A stretch of DNA of 64,000 nucleotides from Candidatus Babeliales bacterium (GTDB lineage Bacteria > Babelota > Babeliae > Babelales > JABDEC01), in contig JARLHJ010000008.1 of NCBI GenBank assembly GCA_031292305.1, forward strand, positions 1,846 to 65,845, written 5' to 3'. A program made the position numbers and the translations under genes. This document shows positions 8,430-18,102 of this stretch, piece by piece. The notes below the pieces were generated by a model, which saw only the letters and a list, made by a program, of their open reading frames with translations, did no database searches and was not told the origin of the DNA. Within the stretch, counting starts at the first letter, position 1. Each line of letters opens with the position of its first letter.

Positions 8430-8450
8430 GAATTAATTTAGATTAATTGA

Positions 8451-8484
8451 GAGCCACCAAATTATTTGGTGGCTCTTTTTTTTT
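8451..8484 (+). terminator. Rho-independent terminator
   Basis: gagccaccaa-attatt-tggtggctc hairpin followed by a run of nine T. Confidence 0.75.
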
Positions 8485-8497
8485 GTGTTAAACTTAT

Positions 8498-10393
8498 GTG
8501 ATGTTAAAAACAAAAATTTCTCATCTTATTACTTTTACAATTATATTTATCGCATTTTGCTTAGGTATATTAATTGCATTGCTCAATAATAATCTAGTAG
8601 ATTTTTCAGTATTAGAAAATTATAACCCGGGCAAGCCATCTATTATATTAGATGAAGAAGGCAATGAGTGGGCAAGGTTTGAATTAGATAAACGTGATCC
8701 TGTAAAATATAATCATATTCCGCAACATTTAATCAACGCATTCGTAGCATCAGAAGATAGAGAGTTTTTTAATCATTCAGGTATTTCATTTAAAGGTATA
8801 ATCAGATCTATCGTAATAAATATTTCTAATTTGCGCATAGTCCAAGGTGCAAGTACAATTACTCAACAATTGGTTAAATTATTATTTTTTGATTCAAAAA
8901 AAACATTTCAACGTAAAGTTAAAGAACAATTTTTTGCTTTATTAGTAGAACGCCAATTTTCTAAAGAGCAAATTTTAGAAACGTATTTAAATCATGTTTA
9001 TTTTGGTTGTGGAATATATGGAATTCAAGCAGCGGCACAAAGATTTTTTTCAAAATCAGTTGATAATATAACTATTTCTGAAGCAGCTGTTTTGGCAGGT
9101 ATTGTAAGATCACCTGCCAATTATTGCCCGCTATTGTCACCAACTTCAGCACAAAAAAGAAGAGACCTTATTCTTTATCTTATGAGAGAACTAAATTTTA
9201 TAACAGTAGAAGAATATGAACAAAATAAACAGATTAAATTGTTAGTGTCACAAAATAAAAATCAAAATTTTGCGCCGCATTTAAAAGAAACGATTCGCAT
9301 TTCTTTAGAAGATAAGTTTGGCAAGCAAAGAGTTTATTGTGGTGGATTAATTATACAAACTACAATAAATAGAAAAATTCAAGAAAATGCACAACGCGAA
9401 TTTATAAATCAATTAACTAGATTAAAAAGGGATGTGAACAGCAATATTGATGGTGCATTAATTTCAATGGATGTAAAAACTGGGGAAATAAAAGCGCTTA
9501 TAGGTGGATCAGATTTTTCATGTTCTAAATTTAATAGGGCGTTACAAGCAAAGCGTCAAATGGGATCAATTTTTAAACCAATTGTTTATGCAGCAGCAGT
9601 AGAAAATAATATTAATTTTACTCATACTGAAATAGATGAACCAATGGAATTTATAACAAATAGAACCATATGGAAGCCCAAAAATAATACAGGTAACTTT
9701 GAAGGAAAAATGACATTAGCACGCGCATTATCTTATTCTAATAATATTATAGCAATTAAAACTTTATTAAAAATTGGTAGCAAGAAAGTTGCAGATTTAG
9801 CACATAAGTTTAAATTTACATCACGTATCGATCCTTACCCTGCATTGGCATTAGGTTGTTTAGATGTAACATTAAAAGAAGCTATTGCAGCATTTAATGT
9901 TTTTGCAAACAATGGTTTATATATTGAACCTCATTATATTAAATGGATTAAAAATGAATGGGGAAAGAAAATTTTTAAATCGACACCTGTTCAAGGACAA
10001 ATAATTGATCCTTTGGTAAGCGGACAAGTTGCAAAGGTTTTATCAATAGGTATCAAACGTTATTTGGGCCGTTTAAAAAATCCACCATTAAAATGTGAAG
10101 CAATTGGTAAAACTGGTACAACAAATGATTGTAGAACAAGCTGGTTTTCTGGTTCTACGCCAGAATTAACTACAACAATTTATGTTGGTTGTGATGATAA
10201 CAAGCCTATGGGAGAAAATATTTTCGGGGTGAGGACTGCGTTTCCAATTTGGTTAAATTTAAACCAGAATATACCATTCACACAAAATAAATTTGCATTT
10301 GATTTACGATTAAAAGAAATTACTATGAATTGGGTTACTGGCGAATTGTGTAATTCTTATGATCCTGAAGCTGTAAATATATTTCTAAATTAA
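8498..10393 (+). CDS. mrcA: Bifunctional class A penicillin-binding protein (glycosyltransferase + transpeptidase)
   Basis: GT51 motifs EDREFFNHSGI, GASTITQQLVK, RKVKE and KEQILETYLN. Transpeptidase motifs SIFK (SxxK), SYSN (SxN) and KTGTT. N-terminal TM anchor. The start is GTG 8498 or ATG 8501. Confidence 0.92.
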   Translation: MMLKTKISHLITFTIIFIAFCLGILIALLNNNLVDFSVLENYNPGKPSIILDEEGNEWARFELDKRDPVKYNHIPQHLINAFVASEDREFFNHSGISFKGIIRSIVINISNLRIVQGASTITQQLVKLLFFDSKKTFQRKVKEQFFALLVERQFSKEQILETYLNHVYFGCGIYGIQAAAQRFFSKSVDNITISEAAVLAGIVRSPANYCPLLSPTSAQKRRDLILYLMRELNFITVEEYEQNKQIKLLVSQNKNQNFAPHLKETIRISLEDKFGKQRVYCGGLIIQTTINRKIQENAQREFINQLTRLKRDVNSNIDGALISMDVKTGEIKALIGGSDFSCSKFNRALQAKRQMGSIFKPIVYAAAVENNINFTHTEIDEPMEFITNRTIWKPKNNTGNFEGKMTLARALSYSNNIIAIKTLLKIGSKKVADLAHKFKFTSRIDPYPALALGCLDVTLKEAIAAFNVFANNGLYIEPHYIKWIKNEWGKKIFKSTPVQGQIIDPLVSGQVAKVLSIGIKRYLGRLKNPPLKCEAIGKTGTTNDCRTSWFSGSTPELTTTIYVGCDDNKPMGENIFGVRTAFPIWLNLNQNIPFTQNKFAFDLRLKEITMNWVTGELCNSYDPEAVNIFLN

Positions 10394-11377
10394 TTTTTTA
10401 ATATCTAAATTATTAACCTTATTCTGTTCAATTACATGAATTAAATCAGGATATAATTTTTCAAGTTCTAAAGCATTATACTTTTGGTGATTGGTATAAC
10501 TTGTCTGCAAAGGTATTGTTAAACATTTTTTTTGAAAAAATAAAATTTCTGCCAAAGTGCCTGCTCCAGAACGGCAAATTATTATATCGCAAGCAATATA
10601 ATAGTATTCAGGTTCATGGTGATAATCAAATGTAATTGCTGGTATATTTAATTCTTTGTAAAAGCTTTGCCAATCAAAATTATCTAATTGACCCGTTTGG
10701 TGAATAATCTGAAGCTTTAAATTACTATTTTCTTTAACAAACTGTTTAATTAAATTATTTAAAAATAAAGATCCTTGCGAGCCACCTAACACTAATATAG
10801 TTTTAAATTCTGCGTTTAAATTTATTTTCTGTAACGCAGCTTCTTGTGTAATATTTTTAATATCATTATTAAATCTTACAGGGTAAGAAACTAAATTACA
10901 TTTAGTTTTTGGAAAATATTTTTGTGTAACTGGAAAGCAAATATTAACATCCGTAGTTAATTTACTTAATAAATTAATAGCTTTGCCGGGTTCAACATTT
11001 AATTCATAAAGCTGTATTGATATACCTAATATTTTACCTGCAAAACAAACAGGTAGTGATACTAAACCGCCCATACTTATAATATTTTTAATATTATGCT
11101 TTTTAAGCAAGTATAAGCTTTTTACAAATGATACTAATAGATTTATGCAAAATTTAGGCAATAATAATTTATTTTTTGGGATATTAGTGATCGGTAAATA
11201 AACTGTATTTAAAAATTCATGTTTTTCTAATATTTTTTTATCTAACTCGGCATTAGTACAAAAGAATAATATTTTTGTATTTGAGTTATGTTCTAATTCT
11301 TTTTTAGCATGCGTAATGCTTGGGATAATATGCCCACCTGAATGTCCAGCTACATAGCATATGCTTTTATCTTTCAC
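10385..11377 (-). CDS. murG: UDP-GlcNAc:lipid I N-acetylglucosaminyltransferase
   Basis: N-terminal GHSGGHIIPS (MurG G-loop), LGGSQGS, RSGAGTLAEI, 330 aa. Its 3' end overlaps the PBP1A 3' end by 9 nt (convergent). Confidence 0.88.
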   Translation of the reverse strand: MKDKSICYVAGHSGGHIIPSITHAKKELEHNSNTKILFFCTNAELDKKILEKHEFLNTVYLPITNIPKNKLLLPKFCINLLVSFVKSLYLLKKHNIKNIISMGGLVSLPVCFAGKILGISIQLYELNVEPGKAINLLSKLTTDVNICFPVTQKYFPKTKCNLVSYPVRFNNDIKNITQEAALQKINLNAEFKTILVLGGSQGSLFLNNLIKQFVKENSNLKLQIIHQTGQLDNFDWQSFYKELNIPAITFDYHHEPEYYYIACDIIICRSGAGTLAEILFFQKKCLTIPLQTSYTNHQKYNALELEKLYPDLIHVIEQNKVNNLDIKKLI

Positions 11378-11801
11378 GATGACACCTAATTAAAAAATTT
11401 TTTAAGCCTTCATTCAATTCAGGATCAGTTATTTTACTTAAAGCTGTAAGTTCTTGTGAATTTAAATATATTTTTTTTTCAGGTTCTATATTTTTTACAA
11501 TTACTTTCTTTACTTTTGCACGCTCAGCGATTTTAAAACGTAAGTGTTTGATGCGAGGTGCATCCAATTTTGAATTTATTTTAATTATGAGCATGTTAGA
11601 CATTAAGAATAATTCCTGCATCCAGCTTGAATCGTATACGGCTAGAACAAGTGTGTCTTCATAGATTTTTTCAAGCTTAACTTTTGATTGTAAATTACCA
11701 ATAATAGAGTTCCAATTGGTCAAAAGATAAACTTGCCAAGCATCATTGTTTTTGATGTCTTTAAAAATAGTATGTAGAAGGTCTTTTATTTGTGTGCTCA
11801 T
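11367..11801 (-). CDS. DUF721 / DciA-like protein
   Basis: W..NWNSIIGNLQSKVKLEKIYEDTLVLAVYDSSWMQELFLMSNMLIIKIN fits the DUF721 pattern (W..IVG......t.p..l..g.L.v.v.ss.w.qEL). 144 aa. Confidence 0.65.
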   Translation of the reverse strand: MSTQIKDLLHTIFKDIKNNDAWQVYLLTNWNSIIGNLQSKVKLEKIYEDTLVLAVYDSSWMQELFLMSNMLIIKINSKLDAPRIKHLRFKIAERAKVKKVIVKNIEPEKKIYLNSQELTALSKITDPELNEGLKNFLIRCHRER

Positions 11802-11843
11802 TTTTTTAGTGTAGAATAACTGTAATCTATTTCAACAAAAAAA

Positions 11844-12578
11844 TTAATTTTGAATTTTTAAATACAAGTTTTTCCAAAAAGTTTTGCTGCTTCCAGGCAT
11901 TGGCGGTTTACTGAAGCCAGATTCTAAAATATCAATTACATGAGATGCGTGCATATAACTATCATTATCATTATTTAATAACGCTTGTTTTGCGTTGGTT
12001 GACCAATGTTTGATCAATCCATCAAGAAGTTCAATACTATCTTGTTCACTAATGTTTATTTTATCTAAAGTTTTTAAAAATATTAGTGGGCTGGAATTTG
12101 GATTTATAAAAAAATTAAAAAGTTCTGAGTTCTGCGAACCTTCATTTTCATTATAAAAATAAGTTGTTATGCAACGAGAACGTATTGTTGGTAGTATTTG
12201 TTCTTTGCGTTGTGAAAGAAATAAAAAATAGTAACCTGGTTTTGGTTCTTCTATAGATTTTAAAAGTTTATTAGAACAAGCTTGGTTTAATAAATCTGCT
12301 GATTCAAAAATTATAAAAAATTTCTCATCTTCATCTAGTGTAAACGTAATTTTTTCAAATATTATTTCTAGCTGATCTAAAGTGTACTGCTTTTCTGGTT
12401 TTAACCAAAATATGCTTGGGTGTTCATTTTGTCTTATTTGCGAGCAGCGTACGCAAGTTTTGCAGCCATTATTTTTACAAAAGACGTTCTGTAAGGCATT
12501 GTGTACAAACTCTATTGTTTCGTTTGTTGGTCCTATAAAAAGCTGTGTTTGTGCGTTTATATTAAATTCTGTGTTCAT
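11844..12578 (-). CDS. holB: DNA polymerase III delta' subunit (short form)
   Basis: Zn-module-like CKTCVRCSQIRQNEHPSIFWL, the clamp-loader box ADLLNQACSNKLLKSIEEP and sensor PTIRSRC. Classical tmk-holB adjacency with an ATGA overlap. Confidence 0.8.
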   Translation of the reverse strand: MNTEFNINAQTQLFIGPTNETIEFVHNALQNVFCKNNGCKTCVRCSQIRQNEHPSIFWLKPEKQYTLDQLEIIFEKITFTLDEDEKFFIIFESADLLNQACSNKLLKSIEEPKPGYYFLFLSQRKEQILPTIRSRCITTYFYNENEGSQNSELFNFFINPNSSPLIFLKTLDKINISEQDSIELLDGLIKHWSTNAKQALLNNDNDSYMHASHVIDILESGFSKPPMPGSSKTFWKNLYLKIQN

Positions 12579-13201
12579 TGTAAATGTTTCTTAATTGTAT
12601 TAACTGCATCGGCAAGAAGTTCTTCTTGAGTTTTATTGCCATCTAATGTTACAACATCTGTTCTGTTTTGATACATTTCTTGAAACCCGAAAGCGACTTT
12701 ATTCATAAAAGATTGTTCTTTTTCAAAATCTGTTAACTCTTCTTTTCTTGCTTTAATACGTTTAAATGCAATATTAGTATCAACACGCACAAAAATAGTT
12801 AAATTTGGCTTAATATCACCCATGGCCCAATTATTAATATGTTTTAAAGTTTCAATATCCAAACTTCTACCATAACCTTGATAAGCAATAGATGAATCAT
12901 TTAATCTGTCAGAAATTATAATTTTATTATTATTTAAAGCAGGCATAATTACATTGCTAAAATGTTGGGCTCTGTCAGCTGCAAAAAGTAAGAACTCAGC
13001 TTTTGTATTTACGGGTGTATTTTTGGTTTGCAAAATAGTTCTTAATTGTAATCCTAACGGTGTCCCACCCGGTTCTTTTGTCAAAATTGTTTCATATCCA
13101 AGCTCATTCAAATAATTATAAATGTTTTTGGCTAAAGTCGATTTGCCTGAGCCATCAATGCCTTCAATGGCAATAAAAAACCCATATTCCAATTTTTTCA
13201 T
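12575..13201 (-). CDS. tmk: Thymidylate kinase
   Basis: P-loop IAIEGIDGSGKST, the DR motif (SDRLNDSSIAYQGYGR), 208 aa. Confidence 0.93.
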   Translation of the reverse strand: MKKLEYGFFIAIEGIDGSGKSTLAKNIYNYLNELGYETILTKEPGGTPLGLQLRTILQTKNTPVNTKAEFLLFAADRAQHFSNVIMPALNNNKIIISDRLNDSSIAYQGYGRSLDIETLKHINNWAMGDIKPNLTIFVRVDTNIAFKRIKARKEELTDFEKEQSFMNKVAFGFQEMYQNRTDVVTLDGNKTQEELLADAVNTIKKHLQ

Positions 13202-13247
13202 AATATTACCTATAATAATTTTATTTTTATTATATCATAATAATACT

Positions 13248-14348
13248 ATGAAACCAAAAATTATTCACTTAACAACCAGCCTAAAAGTAGGTGGTGCAGA
13301 ATCATTAATTTGTGATATTTTAAGACATTTAAAAAATGATTATGAACATCATGTAATATATTTTCATGATGGGCCAAACGTAGCACGCATAAAAGAATTG
13401 GGTATAAAGACTTATCAAATTAAAGGATTAGTTTGTAAATATGATCCAATTTTTTGTATTAGTTTATTTAAATTAATATATAAATTAAGCCCGAATTACA
13501 TTTTATCTCATTTATGGTCAGCAAATTTATTAGGATCTATTATTGCAAAAATTATTAGAGTACCAATAGTTTGTGTAATGCATTTAGCTTCTAATGTAGA
13601 AACTCAAAGCAAAAACAATTTTCTTCGTGATTCTTTAGATAAAATTACTTTTGCATGTTCAAAAAGATTAGTAGCAGTTTCAGATGGAGTTTATAAAGAT
13701 TTATTAAGTTTATCACCTGCAATAAAAGAAAAATTAACAGTTATTAATAATGGCATAGATTATAATAATGTTGTTGCTTTGGGCACCAGGCAAGCAAAAC
13801 AAAGAGAAGATTTTGGTTTAAACTCGCAGCATTTTGTAATAGGTTGCGTGGGCAGATTTATTCCCCGCAAACGACATGAATTATTAATTATTAGCTTTGC
13901 AGATTGTGTAAAAGATAATCCAAATATACGATTGTTTTTACTAGGCAGTGGCCCATTAGAAATTAGCTTAAAAAATAAAGCAAAAGAGCTGGGTATTGAA
14001 GATAAAGTTATTTTTGCAAGTACTGATAACGCTTATGGCTTTTATCCATTATTTGATATTTATGTGTCAACATCAAAAGAAGAAGGTTTGTCTATTGCAT
14101 TGTTAGAAGCAATGTCGTTTGCGTTACCTTGTATTGTTACTAATAAGACTAAAGAACATGAAGTTATTACTAATAATTTTGATGGTTTTGTGATTGAAGA
14201 GGATCAAGAAAATAAACTGCAAAAAGTATTTATTAAGTTACAAAATTTAGAGTTAAGAACAAAAATGGGGGAGTCTGCCAAAGAGACAGTAAAAACCAGA
14301 TTTTGCTTTAACAAGATGATTAATCAATACAAACAAGTTTTAGAGTAG
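13248..14348 (+). CDS. Glycosyltransferase, GT4 family (GT-B fold)
   Basis: N-terminal KIIHLTTSLKVGGAE and the C-terminal EX7E block SKEEGLSIALLEAMSFALPCIV. I moved the start to ATG 13248, because the track start at 13122 would overlap tmk by 80 nt on the opposite strand. Confidence 0.8.
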   Translation: MKPKIIHLTTSLKVGGAESLICDILRHLKNDYEHHVIYFHDGPNVARIKELGIKTYQIKGLVCKYDPIFCISLFKLIYKLSPNYILSHLWSANLLGSIIAKIIRVPIVCVMHLASNVETQSKNNFLRDSLDKITFACSKRLVAVSDGVYKDLLSLSPAIKEKLTVINNGIDYNNVVALGTRQAKQREDFGLNSQHFVIGCVGRFIPRKRHELLIISFADCVKDNPNIRLFLLGSGPLEISLKNKAKELGIEDKVIFASTDNAYGFYPLFDIYVSTSKEEGLSIALLEAMSFALPCIVTNKTKEHEVITNNFDGFVIEEDQENKLQKVFIKLQNLELRTKMGESAKETVKTRFCFNKMINQYKQVLE

Positions 14349-14388
14349 TCTCTAGGTAGGAAGGTTCACATTATTCAATTGGGAGTTT

Positions 14389-14790
14389 ATGAAAAAATTA
14401 ATTTTTGTAGCTGTTTTGGGATTTATTACTTTAAGTGTTTATGCAGCTGAACCATATGAATCTAGTACGCAACCTGGTTACATAAGTGAAAGTAGTGTGT
14501 CTCAGCCTGGTGTTTATGATTCTGATAAGGATAATGAAGAGAATGAGGATTCAAAAGTAAAATTGTTAGATAAATATAAATTGTTGGTAAAAAAATATAA
14601 ATCATTACAATCTCAAAATCAAAATGATCTAAAGATTGACAGCATACTTATAAAAATAAAAGAATTGCGTAATGACCCAGATATGACAAATACTTTGTTG
14701 CAAGTTATTTTAGCCTTTCTAAGATCGGAAGAACAGTTGAAATATTTGCCAGAAATACCACTTCGTAAAAGAATGGAAAAAATAAATTAA
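14389..14790 (+). CDS. Secreted hypothetical protein (133 aa)
   Basis: Signal peptide (LIFVAVLGFITLSVYAAE). SD-like gggag upstream. Confidence 0.5.
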   Translation: MKKLIFVAVLGFITLSVYAAEPYESSTQPGYISESSVSQPGVYDSDKDNEENEDSKVKLLDKYKLLVKKYKSLQSQNQNDLKIDSILIKIKELRNDPDMTNTLLQVILAFLRSEEQLKYLPEIPLRKRMEKIN

Positions 14791-14812
14791 CTTCTGTTAA
14801 ATAAAAAATAAC

Positions 14813-14851
14813 CAATCACTGCAAAAAATCAAAATTTTCTTGCAGTGATTG
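14813..14851. terminator. Hairpin between convergent genes (possible bidirectional terminator)
   Basis: caatcactgca / tgcagtgattg 11-bp stem with an A/T-rich 17-nt loop, lying between the 14389-14790 (+) and 14863-15030 (-) ORFs. Confidence 0.4.
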
Positions 14852-14862
14852 ATACAAATTAA

Positions 14863-15030
14863 TTATTGTCTGGCTACAGCTTTAGCTGATTGGCATGCGC
14901 CGCTAACGCAATAACCCTGAACACCATTAACTAGGCATTGAGAATTAGTTGTGCAATAAGTTTGTTTTGTTAGTGGTTTAATAGATGTATGCCCTAAAAC
15001 GATTAAAGCAATAAATAATAATTTTTTCAT
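14863..15030 (-). CDS. Small secreted 4-Cys peptide (55 aa), below the ORF-track length cutoff
   Basis: My manual translation: MKKLLFIALIVLGHTSIKPLTKQTYCTTNSQCLVNGVQGYCVSGACQSAKAVARQ*. SD aggag (rc of ctcct, 15036-15040) lies 5 nt upstream of the ATG. Signal-like N-terminus, with Cys spacing C-x6-C-x9-C-x5-C. Confidence 0.5.
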   Translation of the reverse strand: MKKLLFIALIVLGHTSIKPLTKQTYCTTNSQCLVNGVQGYCVSGACQSAKAVARQ

Positions 15031-15213
15031 AATACTCCTTATTAAGTTATTGAATATAAACCATATATATCCTAATTGAAATTATATCAATATATATAGC
15101 TTAAAATCAATGGTTTTAATAATTTAAAATTTGTCACTGGGGTTTCTTGGTAATTGTAGGGTAGTATTAACCTGAAAAAGGTGTTTTAATCTGAAAATTT
15201 ATATTAATTGAAT

Positions 15214-15996
15214 CTAGTTTTTAAATGGCTTACAGTCTCTTAAAAGTCCTAATTCTTGCATTTTTTTGATAGTAGATTTCCAGTCTGTGTGATGTATAGT
15301 ATTCATTCCTATTTCCATAGGAACTTCTAAATTTTTTTCTGTATCATCAATAAAATAGTAATCTTTTGGATTATTATTTTTAATTAAGCATTTATATATA
15401 TTTTTATAAGGTTTGCAATGATTAAGATCGCCAGAAATATAAATATTATCAGGTGGGAACAGGTCAAATATTCTCGAACATTTCTTTCTAACAAGTGGGA
15501 AAGATTCAGGATCCCAATTTGATAAAACAAATATCTCATGACCTTCAAGTAAGCATTGTTTAATTACCGTATAACTTTTAAATGTGATATTGATGACGTT
15601 GCATAATTTTTGAGGTAAAAGAAATTTAAAGGATGCTCTTAAAAAATTTCGTTCAGATTCATTTCTAAAGAATGAAGAATATTTTGGATCATTGCTTGCA
15701 GCTATTAATTTTGCATAAAATTCTTCACTTGTTATTTGCCCTTTTAACCATAAACTCTCTGCATCTTTTTTGTTATAAACTAAGTCTTCAAATGCAAAAA
15801 TTCTTTCTTCAGGGTGGTTGAATGGATTATGAATAGAATAATTAAAAATATTATACATACCTAAATTGTAAACTATTGAAGGCATTGCTGCTAAACTTGT
15901 AGTGTTTAATATTACGCCTCCGAGATCAAATACTATTTTTGCACCGAAAATATTTGTGCAAAAAATTAATGATAAAGACAATATTATTTTTTTCAT
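15214..15996 (-). CDS. Signal-peptide HAD-superfamily hydrolase-like protein
   Basis: Motif I variant FDLGGVILNT directly after the signal peptide, plus motif IV-like YFIDDTEKNLE. 260 aa. Confidence 0.6.
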   Translation of the reverse strand: MKKIILSLSLIFCTNIFGAKIVFDLGGVILNTTSLAAMPSIVYNLGMYNIFNYSIHNPFNHPEERIFAFEDLVYNKKDAESLWLKGQITSEEFYAKLIAASNDPKYSSFFRNESERNFLRASFKFLLPQKLCNVINITFKSYTVIKQCLLEGHEIFVLSNWDPESFPLVRKKCSRIFDLFPPDNIYISGDLNHCKPYKNIYKCLIKNNNPKDYYFIDDTEKNLEVPMEIGMNTIHHTDWKSTIKKMQELGLLRDCKPFKN

Positions 15997-16037
15997 TTTA
16001 TAAGTTTATAAAATAATTTTTTTGATAAGCAATAGTT

Positions 16038-16982
16038 TTATTTTTTAGGTAAATTTAAATAGTTTCTGCCTATAAAATAAGCCAAAAGTAATATAATTAT
16101 TATTTGTATAATAACAGGTATATATTCTTTAAATGTTTCAGTATCTTGCTTTATTCTTTTATCTACTTCTGCAATATCAGGCTGATATTTCGAAATATCA
16201 ATTAAGGGGATATCTTTATTATATGGCAAATTAAATTGGTGATAAAAACTATTTAAAGCTTTTGGAAAAATTTTACTTTGGTCTGTGTGAATAATGCCTG
16301 CATGGTGGCCTATGTCAGTTTCTATTAAATATACATTCGTAAAGCCGTTTTTAAGAAATTTATTATATAATCTGCGTGAGTGGTTAATTGGTATTAATTT
16401 ATCCTGCTTTGAGTGTATTAAGAATATCGGTAAATTTTTATTTGTTATTTTGCTTATAGAATAAATAGGTTGTATACCATATGGGTCGTAATGGCATAAA
16501 ATTTTTTGTGCCCCTTTTTTAGCTATAAATTGCCCGCAGGGAATATAATTTAAATAATCAATAAATTTAAATTTATGAATTATTTCATTTACATTAGCAA
16601 AGGGTGATTCTAAAACAAGCGCTGCAAGACTATTTATATTTTCTTTCTTTGCTGCAGTATTTATCCAACATGCTGCGCCTTTAGAAACTCCGATACCAAC
16701 AATAGGCACATTAATATCTTGTATTGCATTGGTAAGTACTTGGATATCTAGTTCTTGTCCAAATGCGGTAGGGCGTATTTTAATAATAGAAGGATAAAGT
16801 GGTTTGTTATTTGCATCTACGCAATCAAAAGCTAAGCCTTTATCTGCTAAAGGTATTAATTCTTTATAATATTTAAATTGTTTTTTTCCTGCTGCGTGGC
16901 CATGCGCGAACAGATATTCTATATCTTGGGTCATGCTATAGGGAACCATTAAAATAAAAGCTAAGCTATAAATTAGTTTCAT
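16038..16982 (-). CDS. Alpha/beta-hydrolase-fold protein, tandem family member 1 (signal peptide + C-terminal TM anchor)
   Basis: YLFAHGH (oxyanion region), GIGVSKGA (GxSxG elbow), LESPF, IHSKQDKLI (Asp) and IGHHAG (His). C-terminal IPVIIQIIIILLLAYFIG. Confidence 0.7.
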   Translation of the reverse strand: MKLIYSLAFILMVPYSMTQDIEYLFAHGHAAGKKQFKYYKELIPLADKGLAFDCVDANNKPLYPSIIKIRPTAFGQELDIQVLTNAIQDINVPIVGIGVSKGAACWINTAAKKENINSLAALVLESPFANVNEIIHKFKFIDYLNYIPCGQFIAKKGAQKILCHYDPYGIQPIYSISKITNKNLPIFLIHSKQDKLIPINHSRRLYNKFLKNGFTNVYLIETDIGHHAGIIHTDQSKIFPKALNSFYHQFNLPYNKDIPLIDISKYQPDIAEVDKRIKQDTETFKEYIPVIIQIIIILLLAYFIGRNYLNLPKK

Positions 16983-18052
16983 CTTTTAATTTTACCAGAT
17001 TTTGCAAATAAACGTAAAAAAAACATCATACAACTTTGTATTTTTGCTGAGGTGTTCGGGAAATTCCGATGGCAAGCATATGCGACAAATAATAAAATTA
17101 CAGTCTTAGATATTGTTTTTTGATATTCTTCTTGTTCATCTTGTTCCATTCTTTCCATAACTACTTGGGCACTAGGTTTAAAATTTTTAATTTTAATATC
17201 TTCGGCAAAAAGTTCTTTTTTATGAGGTAAACCCCACCTTCTAAAAAACTTATGTAAAGTTTGTTGATACAGTCTATAGCCTTTGTTATTTAAAGATATT
17301 TCATCTTCTTCATGTCTTTCCACTAGGTATACATTTTTGAATTTATATTCCAGAAATTTTAAATATAATTTTCTTGCTTGATTTATAGAAATTCGGTCAT
17401 TTTCTTTTGCATGAATTATATAAATCGGCAAATTTTTATTTTGAATATTTTTAATTGCATCAATAGGTTGCATACCATCTGGATCATAATACTCGAAAAT
17501 AAATTTAGCTACTTGTTTGATTATAAATTCCCCACCTGGAATATAATCAAAATATGTCATACGGCATAAAACTTCATTTACATCAGCACAAGCTGTATCT
17601 AAAACAAGTGCAGATATTCTATTTAGATTATGAGAAAGTGTAGCAGCGTTAATCCAAGCATTTGCGCCTTTTTCCACGCCTACTGCTACTGCCTTTGCAT
17701 TTTTAGGTAACTTAGATAATGTATCACTAATAACTTTAACGTCAGCTTCTTGTCCTAGTGCACTTGGTGGTAATTCATCAAATGGAACTGTATTTATTTC
17801 TGGAGGAGTATCAGGTAAAATGATTGTGTCTTTGGGTAGTATGTGGTGGTCAATATAAATTTGTTCTCCACCAAACATAAACTTATAGCAGGGTGAAAAT
17901 AAGAACTGAGGACCTTCTTCTGGCAAACGTTTTTTAGCAAGTGTTTCATAATTTTGCTTTGATAGTTCTACTAATTGTTCTGATTTTGATTTTTTTTCTA
18001 ATGAGTTTATTGTTCCTGAAAATAAAAGAATAATTAATATATAAATTTTCAT
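16979..18052 (-). CDS. Alpha/beta-hydrolase-fold family member 2, predicted catalytically inactive
   Basis: Collinear with its neighbours (WINAA, ALVLD, NKNLPIYIIHAKEND, NVYLVE), but the elbow is GVEKGA (Ser->Glu), the FAHG box is FMFGGE, and no His aligns with the GHH/GAH/GQH position. Its stop overlaps the member-1 start (ATGA). Confidence 0.65.
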   Translation of the reverse strand: MKIYILIILLFSGTINSLEKKSKSEQLVELSKQNYETLAKKRLPEEGPQFLFSPCYKFMFGGEQIYIDHHILPKDTIILPDTPPEINTVPFDELPPSALGQEADVKVISDTLSKLPKNAKAVAVGVEKGANAWINAATLSHNLNRISALVLDTACADVNEVLCRMTYFDYIPGGEFIIKQVAKFIFEYYDPDGMQPIDAIKNIQNKNLPIYIIHAKENDRISINQARKLYLKFLEYKFKNVYLVERHEEDEISLNNKGYRLYQQTLHKFFRRWGLPHKKELFAEDIKIKNFKPSAQVVMERMEQDEQEEYQKTISKTVILLFVAYACHRNFPNTSAKIQSCMMFFLRLFAKSGKIKR

Positions 18053-18102
18053 GAATTTTACCCCATTTAAAATTTATATAATAATACAAAATATTTTAGA
18101 TA

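Noticed and set aside
10385-10393. 9-nt 3'-3' overlap of convergent PBP1A and murG, and the 2-nt gap between convergent glmS and the 998-aa gene (26147/26150) with no terminator hairpin.
   Set aside because: This is real in the sequence but typical of compact genomes. There is no evidence for a specific regulatory role.
13122-13247. N-terminal extension of the glycosyltransferase ORF in the track (start at 13122).
   Set aside because: It would overlap the tmk 5' end by 80 nt on the opposite strand, and its translation reads as the mirror of the tmk P-loop region. ATG 13248 gives a canonical GT4 N-terminus.
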